From: Octopus vulgaris | Lineage: Eukaryota | Length of the DNA stretch: 64,000 bases | NCBI GenBank assembly: GCA_951406725.2 | Contig: OX597814.1 | Span: forward strand, 82,212,001 to 82,276,000 | Reading direction: 5' to 3' | Part shown: positions 57,001-64,000 of the stretch, in pieces | How the letters are laid out: every line of letters starts with the position of its first letter | Position numbering within the stretch: position 1 is the stretch's first letter | Made by a program: the position numbers and the translations under genes | The notes under the pieces: model-generated | What the model was told of the DNA's origin: nothing | Seen by the model: the letters and a program-made list of their open reading frames with translations, nothing else | Database searches by the model: none

Positions 57001-57100
57001 TTTGTCCTGTTACTGAGTGTTTGCAGTAACAGGACAAAGATCCCGTTCCTGAGAGACTTTGTTGCATGCAATCAAGCCATATGCATAGCACTTACAGAAA
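54001..57100 (-). mobile_element. CR1-group (CR1/L2-like) LINE, 5'-truncated, young
   Basis: APE endonuclease + RT ORF, short 3' UTR with a stem-loop, (ATCA)n tail at 54001-54021, TA-rich microsatellite on both flanks. Confidence 0.92.
54090..57023 (-). CDS. LINE ORF2 (APE endonuclease + reverse transcriptase), lacking the extreme N-terminus
   Basis: APE motifs IALTETHL, GGVAMY, YRPP, GDFNLP, LDLCFT, SDH. RT motifs YRPISLTS, QHGFRPGRSC, YLDFAKAFD, GVPQG, YADD, DLG. No stop or frameshift over about 975 codons. The first 16 aa of the listed ORF come from the fold-back arm. Confidence 0.92.
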   Translation of the reverse strand, partial: QTLSNRTKIPFLRDFVACNQAICIALTETHLKPDIADAELHIPQYAVLRTDRKERSHGGVAMYIREDLTPQVLLSYSNSVCDTLIVHIRQLDVVVCATYRPPDAPSHVGKFEDCLIKIEEILTTLEQHIGVLLMGDFNLPNVRWPEGLSLPGMTRCERGQARSLLNLINTLCMEQVILQPTRAGNTLDLCFTNDMDLIHNVKVTPTLLSDHNMIELTMYGPKESTDMQPTRNPQNLSSLNYHKANWKQIEKEILKQNWPKCLSSPDIDVKLQQFMSVMQAICYKCVPERKATVHKNKIPRERKILMRRRTKFSNRLNKQIESSEKSRLKIKLLEIEKCLQLSHEKERADKEAWAIENIKSNPRAFYRYAKETATVHCRIGSLLEKDGTLTGKPMRVSEILNEQFKSVFTPPLGHLQITNPTDFFTTADIKSEAATIDYIDIKEDDVTKAIDEMKTDSATGRDGFPAILLKACKRVLARPLQFLFQSFLAAGKLPGKLKEGKICPIHKGGSRAEAKNYRPISLTSHISKVMERIVRRKLITFLEENDLLPDTQHGFRPGRSCLTQLLQHYDWVLKRLLNHSNVEVIYLDFAKAFDKVDHGMICHKLRDLNIVGKLGEWLHDFLKDRSQVVVANGATSINTQIVSGVPQGIVLGPLLFIMALSDMPSATQRATITSYADDTKVSQAIQNPEDTKHLQCELDEIYKWAEKNSMQFNAGKFQALYYQHAKLNAIPNEYTGPGGIAIPEAQSVRDLGIHMSDDATFHVHVAKLTMKCRRLAGWILRTFRTREQETMMVLWKTLVLSHFDYCSQLWSPSSVKLITELEAIQRSYTKKIASMQNVSYWERLKRLKLYSLERRRERYAIIYIWKILEGSVLNFGIESYANARTGRHCVVPRTPNLPSRCRTRFCDSLGFRGPQLFNILPKNLRDLHGVDTDVFKMKLDLFLSGVPDEPTSRQEGQMRAAASNSLMHQIAVARKPP

Positions 57101-57104
57101 GTAA

Positions 57105-57159
<55 letters not shown>

Positions 57160-57298
57160 GAGGGGTTTAGTTCACTGGTGATCTAAACGAATAGGTAAGC
57201 TGTGTAAATGCTATAATTGATCTTCCGTTAGGTTCCAAGTTCATAGCTGAGGCTGGAGCTAAAGATCCGTAGTAGAGTACCCAGTTAGCAGGTATATA

Positions 57299-57760
57299 TC
57301 AGAAGAAAAAGGACAACAACAACCAAGGCAGGACGCGTATCTCAAGTCAGTTATAATATTTAATTTGAGTAAGTGAATTTGAAGTAATTAATTAATTAAT
57401 TAGTTAACTTGATTAATTAGTTAACTTTATTCTCCTGTCTGTATTCTATCTACTGTTTTAGTCTTTATTCTCCTGTCTGTATTCTTCTATCTACTGCTTT
57501 ACACTTTATTCTTCTATCTATTATTTCATTTCTTTATAAACTGTGAATTCCCTGTCTAGAACTTTCATACACAATCACTTTGTCTCTGATGATGGGATAC
57601 CCAGTGTATGGAGATGCTAAACTATCACTTGGGATATCCCAGGAACATCTGTAAGACATCTAATAATTAATTAATTACCTCAAATTCACCTTTAATTAAA
57701 TATTCTAAATAACTTGAGATACTCATCCTGCCTTCTTTGTTGTTGTCCTTTTTCCTCTGT
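57299..57760 (+). mobile_element. Penelope-like 3' remnant with ~100 bp inverted arms around a hammerhead
   Basis: 57299-57403 is the reverse complement of 57661-57760; hammerhead at 57581. Confidence 0.7.
57581..57658 (+). ncRNA. Type I hammerhead ribozyme motif (Penelope-like, one core substitution)
   Basis: TGTCT-CTGATGA-TGGGATA...TATCCCA-GGAA-CATCTG-TA-AGACA; stem I and the base of stem II pair perfectly. Confidence 0.75.
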
Positions 57761-58680
57761 ACTTAATGTGTATTTTTTTTATAATTGAAAGCCACGCAAC
57801 CTTGTCCACAGTAAGTTCTTACGTTTATATATAATTTCTGCGATTCCACACTCTGTTTTCTTTCTTTCTCTCTATTCCTCTGTAATCCTCTATATTTTCC
57901 TTTTCTCCCACTCACTCTTTGTCTTTCTTTCATTCCCTACTATCTTTCGTTCCTTCTCCCTTCTCCTCACTCTCTTTGTTTCTTTCCCTCATCCTCTCTC
58001 TCGTCCTCTTTTCTTTCCCTCATCCTCTCTCCTGTCTCCTCTCCATTCTGCCTGTTGATCACACGTGATTATAGGCCTTTTTTCTCGCCTCTGTCTTTTT
58101 TGTATGCGACGTCCAACTAGCTGGACGTCATTTCCCTCTTCTCTCGCCTCTCGACATTTATTTTCTCTTCTACTATTTTCTTCTCTTCTATTTATTCTAT
58201 ATCCTTTCAAAATTTCTCCCAGGCGTTACCCATTACAATTCGTCTTGGCCTAACGGCCCTTAATGTTTGTCTTCGTCTGTGCTTACTCTGTACGTCCACT
58301 CTGTTGTTTGTTTGTTCGTTCGAAACCCTAATTATCCACAAATTTATATTTTAAAATTTCTGGATGTTGCTGTATTATGAAGTATTTCTATCTTGTCGTT
58401 AAAAGCACGAAATGGATAGTAATAAACAGTCGACAACTGATGAGCGAGTTATCTTTTTTGGTATTTTGTCCTATACTTTTCTTTCGTGTGTTTACGTATT
58501 TGTTACTCGTTGGTGATGTCCTGTACTTTATATGTATATAAACTTACATGGAAATGGATGCATGGCGCTCAGTCATATAATAATATAAATAACATATATA
58601 TATATATTCAAATGTGTGTGTGTTTTGTATATTTTATATTTATATTTATATTTATTATTATAACTTAACTTTTTTACTTT

Positions 58681-58802
58681 ATAATATCTGACGAAACCTA
58701 GAGATATATACAAGTACCTCATGTTCATTACCTCAATCCACTTAAGTAATATAGGCAGAATGAGGTATTTTTATCTATTGGCTGAAACAGCTGTAAGTTA
58801 TT
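58681..58802 (+). ncRNA. Type I hammerhead ribozyme motif, long stem II, decayed stem I
   Basis: CTGACGA at 58688, imperfect stem II including TACCTCAT/ATGAGGTA, then GAAA-CAGCTG-TA at 58784-58795. Confidence 0.62.
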
Positions 58803-59185
58803 TTACCAATTTACATTCATGTTTTTTATAATTATTACTGGTATCCTTATATGTTACTATATTTTATATCTTATATCTTATATGCAAAGAATAATATGCT
58901 ACGTGTATGTATGTTATTATAATTATCAGTTTAATAAATAAATAAGTTAACATTTTAATGTCCAAAAGTTGATGAACCACCTATTGTTCACCTCCATTTT
59001 CTTATTTGCGATATAAATTAATGGTAAAATATCTCTTTACCTTCACCCATTTAATACACTAGGTAATGTAATAGCAATGCAATGAAAAACACTTGTGTAT
59101 TAATAACTGGGTATTCTACAAGCAGTATATTGGATAGATATTATCCCTTAGTGGGTTGGATTCACAACCCTTAACTTTCTTGGAG

Positions 59186-59211
<26 letters not shown>

Positions 59212-59222
<11 letters not shown>

Positions 59223-59420
59223 GTGTACATTTAAACACGAGAGAAACTACCGTTAACAGGTAATTTTACATGCTAGAAGAAGCAGTCAAAATTACATGTT
59301 AAGGGTAGTTTCTCTTGCGTTTAAATGTACACTATTTTATATTGAGAATATGTTGTCTATTGACTTTTTATACATGCTAGGCCACTGGTAATGAAATTTT
59401 TAAAAATATTCGATACCCTT
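59212..59420 (+). repeat. ~55 bp fold-back element
   Basis: Arms at about 59212-59267 and 59288-59343 with few mismatches, between (TA)n tracts. Confidence 0.85.
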
Positions 59421-59447
59421 TATATTTTTTTATATATAAATAAATAA

Positions 59448-59539
<92 letters not shown>

Positions 59540-59693
59540 ATATATACGACGGGTTTTTTTCACTTTCCGTCTACCAAATCCACCCACAAGACTTTGGTCG
59601 ACCTAAGGCTATAGTAAGACACCTGTTCAAAGTGCCATGCAGTGGGAAGCAAACTACTTACTACACTGGAGGCTGAAACTTTATAAATGCGTG

Positions 59694-59727
<34 letters not shown>

Positions 59728-60228
59728 TGTATGTATGTATGTATGTATGCATGTATTTGTGTATGTACGTGTGAATGCGTATGTACGTGTGTGTGTGTGT
59801 GTATGTGTGTGTATATGTGTGCGTGTGTATCTCTATGTGCATCTATGTTTATTTGTATGTGTGTGAGTGTTGTACGGTGTTGTTTCGAAAAGTATTAGTG
59901 ATTCGACAAGTATATCGATAATGCAGATGCCAACCAGTTAAGAACTGAATTGCATTTGATCGAGTTTACCCGTGCTCACCACGTTCTGGGATAGGTGTAT
60001 GTTAAAAATCAATATTTGAATGAAAAAAAGTTACAGATATATGCGTGCGCGCGAGCATGTGTACGTGTGTATGTGCGCGCACGCGCTTATTTTTGTGTGT
60101 ATGCCTGCACTTCTCTCTCTGTGTGTGAGCGTTTGTGCATGCCTACGTGTGTGCGTATGCGCGTGCGTGCGCACATGCCTACGTCTCCGTGTGTGCGTGT
60201 ACGCGCACGTCTGCGTGTGTATGTGCCA

Positions 60229-60295
<67 letters not shown>

Positions 60296-60646
60296 TGTTG
60301 AAAAATATGATTAGCAGCATAAAAAGAAAAAGATGCCAGCCTGAACAGGTGAAAAGCTCTATCCAAAGTACTTAAAGGCTGTGAATAAGCTGCAGGTGTG
60401 TGAGCCCTATTGAAAACCGTATTGTAACTACCTGTACCTATAGTTATCACAATCACCTTACCATGCCCCCTTTCTAGTCACTGCTGTTGTTGTTATCACT
60501 ACACCCAATCTACTATGCCTCTTGTTATTTGTACCATGCTTACTACCATACCATATATGTATATAAAGTGCGTGAATATGTATGTATATATAGATACATA
60601 TGTGTGTGTGTATGTATGTATGTAGATATATATGCGCGTGTGCTTA

Positions 60647-60741
<95 letters not shown>

Positions 60742-60856
60742 GTATGTATGTATATATATATGTGTGTGTGTGTGTGTGTAAGTATATATGTGTGTGTGTG
60801 TGCGTATGTATATGCATGTGTGTGTGTCTGTAAGTATCTACATTGATAGATAGATG

Positions 60857-60959
<103 letters not shown>

Positions 60960-61544
60960 GTGTATATCAATATATATGCATATACACATACACGCATTTA
61001 CTCCACTAATTCATTTTCCTTCCTTCCTTTCTCCCTTCCTTCCTTCATTCATTCCTTCTGACCTTCTTTCTTCTTTTTCTCTTCTCCTTAATCTGGCTGC
61101 CGTAACTTAACTAATGGCGCATCTAAGCAGTAATTCAAACATGATATGACATCATTTGGCACGTGGCACGTGGCACGCCATCTACCGACGCCTCGGCCAC
61201 ATATACTCAGAAGCAACTAATCCAAATTGTTTTTTCTTTCTCCCATTTTTTATCTTTCTTTAAAATTTTCTTTTTAAATCATTTTTTTATCTTTTGGTTG
61301 TTTCTTTCTTTGTATACTTGCAACCCTTTTCTTCTGTACGCCATCTTCTTATAAACCACGCGCCTGACTCCCTTCCTCACTGCGTTTGTGTTTTGCACAG
61401 TTTTCGTCGTCTGAATCTGCTGGCCCCAATAACCTTTTTTTATTCTTTTCGCCCGAAGGCCTTATAGATTTCAGTCTTCTTTTTTTGTTTTTTTCTATAT
61501 CTTTATGAAACACTGCCTGATCTACGAATATAACCGCACGCACG

Positions 61545-61576
<32 letters not shown>

Positions 61577-61637
61577 CGTGTGTGTAATATATATGTATAT
61601 ATATACATATAAATATATGTATGTATATTTATATATG

Positions 61638-61707
<70 letters not shown>

Positions 61708-61715
61708 TATATGTA

Positions 61716-61758
<43 letters not shown>

Positions 61759-62132
61759 ATGTATGTGCGTACAAATGTATGTACGTATATATGTATGCAC
61801 TTGTGTACGTATGTATATGCGTATATTTCGTGTAACTATATATAGCTTACCTTTTGATTAGACAAAGCGTTTATACGGTTGCATTAAGCGACTGGGGGAT
61901 TAAAACATGCATGTTTGACACAGGTGTTAAGGTTAGGGTTAGGTGACACGAGAGAGATAAGAAAAAATTAGATTGAGCTAAACATTCAAACCGCATGGCG
62001 TGCTTGGTTTTTCCCGGGGGCTTACCGCTTCTTCTGCAGTGTTGGTCAGAACCAGACAGAGACAATATTAGTCGAAAGAGAGGCGGGCGACAGACAGGCA
62101 TGTAGAGTAAGGATATTATGTTGATGTTTGAT

Positions 62133-62364
62133 TTAAACTTCTATAGATCCAATATGTCCTGTGTATCACGTGATACACAGGGCATATTTCACTGGCGTTC
62201 CTGCATCATATATGATACGCATTCACAGAGTAACTTGGGACTCATGAAAGGTAATATTTGTATTACTCAGAATGAATGAAATACGGGATAAAAATAAAGT
62301 TTGAAAACAAGCACAGACGTTTAAGACTAACTTATAATAATGCTTTAAACAAGCAAAGAGTTAA
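62133..62364. mobile_element. Possible piggyBac-like MITE with a 38 bp palindrome
   Basis: TTAA at both ends, right end AAAGAG-TTAA, palindrome at 62151-62188. Confidence 0.4.
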
Positions 62365-64000
62365 TGCCAAGGAAAATGCAATTCATAAGGATTTAGTTGA
62401 GTTCAGCGAAGAAACGTTGTTGGCAGCCATTACATTGTTTTGGGGAGTGAGCAGTATCAGATTTTGTAAATGTATTTATTTCTATTTTGATGCATAAGAT
62501 TTTCATAACATTGTTTTAGTATATTTTATCTTTTACTTGTTTCATTCATTAGACTGCGGCCATGCTGGGAAACCGCATTGAAGGGTTTGGTTGAAGAAAT
62601 CACCTCAGAACTTAAATTATTTTAAGTCCAGTACTTAATCAATCGGTCTCCCTTCCAGAACCGCAAATGTTATGGGGACATAACTAACACCGTTTGTGAA
62701 GCAGTGGCGGGAGGAAGAATAAACACAGACACAAACGCACACACACACACACACACACACTCACACACACACATATATCATATATATATATATATATAAT
62801 GCTTGTGTGTGTGTGTGTGTATTATGTATGTACATACGAAAGACCTATACACAGTTTCTGGCATCCAAATTCACTCACGAGACATTGATCGACCGGGACT
62901 ATAGTAGAAACCATTTACTCAAGCTACTATGAAGTGGGACTGAACCCTAAACTACCTATGTGCAAAGCGAGCTTCTTAATCACACAGCAGCATTTCGTCC
63001 AACTTCACGTTCTGAGATCAAATTCCGTCGAGGTCGACTTTGCCTTTCATCATTTGAAAGTCGATAAAATAAGTGCCAGTTGAGCACTTGGGTTAATGTA
63101 ATCGACTAACCACCCTCTCCCAAAATTGCTGGCTTTGCACCAAAATTTGAAACCATTATGTCAGAATGTTTCGATTATGTCGCCGAAGCGAAATATTCGA
63201 ACACATTTCGTGATAAGCAAAGTAATAGTATAGGTAAGATAAGATAACATGTAACATAGGTACAACACTATACACCCACTAATTTTTAAGTCAATGACTC
63301 CTGAAGCATAGAATGCAAAAATCGACAGTGGCCGGATTTGAACTCATAATATAACAAAATATTGGAAGGTAATTTGACGCTCTAATACATCGGCCAGTCC
63401 ACCAACCCCTCATAATAAGGACTGATTTCCTAAGAGACATTATTACTACAGTCTTTAGGGCAGCGGACAGACAGATTCGTTAACACGCCGTGCAAATTGC
63501 TTAATGACATTTCGTCCGTCTTTACGTTCTGAGTTCAAATTCCACCGAGGTCGACTTTGCCTTTCATCCTTTTTGGGATCGATAAGGAAAGTACTAGTTG
63601 AACAATGGAATCGATGTAATTGATTTACTCTCTCTCTCTCTCTCTCTCTCCCGAAATTACTGGCCTTGTGCCAAAATTTGAAACCATTATAACAACTGTC
63701 TTTAAGGCGGTGAGCCTTAATAGATTGTGTATCGAGCTCAAACCCTCTGAGATCTTTCTGTCATTTTTCAGGGTCAATAATCGAATATGCCCTTCACCCT
63801 AAATTTACTGACCCGGGGCCAAAATTTGGAAGAATATTTACTACTCTCTGTTTGCACGTATTTAGGCCAAGTCTGGGTTGAGGATACTGGCCTTCCTTCC
63901 TCCTACCAAACCTGGGTAGACCTCAAACAAATAAACGGTTTTGAGTGCTGCCCTGCTCTCGCAGTTGAAGCTGTTTATTGTGATCACTTCATTCTTTTTT

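Noticed and set aside
57024-57156. ORF start MHATKSLRNG and the + strand ORF 56968-57156
   Set aside because: Both are products of the 77 bp palindrome, not real N-termini.
61349-61540. Charged peptide [16 protein letters not shown] as an exon or NLS
   Set aside because: Arises from an A-rich repeat-like tract next to microsatellites; no recognisable domain or convincing splice context.
61926-61944. Telomeric TTAGGG repeats (also degenerate TAACCC-like units at about 15800-15900)
   Set aside because: Too few or too degenerate to indicate a telomere or fusion site.

Overview
AT-rich, microsatellite-saturated animal genomic DNA. The repeat landscape suggests a coleoid cephalopod such as Octopus; this is an inference, not a database match. 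Only one host gene is visible: the large zinc-finger exon of a Snail-family transcription factor (+, about 25945-27005), whose expected SNAG-encoding first exon I could not find in the upstream 26 kb. Most other recognisable sequence is mobile DNA: a young CR1-group LINE with an uninterrupted ORF2, remnants of R4/Dong-like LINE, maT (DD37D), TRT (DD37E), Tigger/pogo and hAT transposases, Helitron-like elements, MITEs and three SINE families. The most unusual signal is a set of small non-coding fold-back elements sitting in microsatellites. Several carry minimal hammerhead ribozyme motifs with three different 3-8 core pairs (C-G, G-C, U-A), and several share an arm/loop/arm/complementary-tail architecture (Penelope-like or retrozyme-like). 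There is also a candidate HDV-like ribozyme at the 5' end of an RTE-derived element. Nearly all short ORFs in the track are microsatellite artefacts. Repeat boundaries are approximate and all structures were folded by eye.
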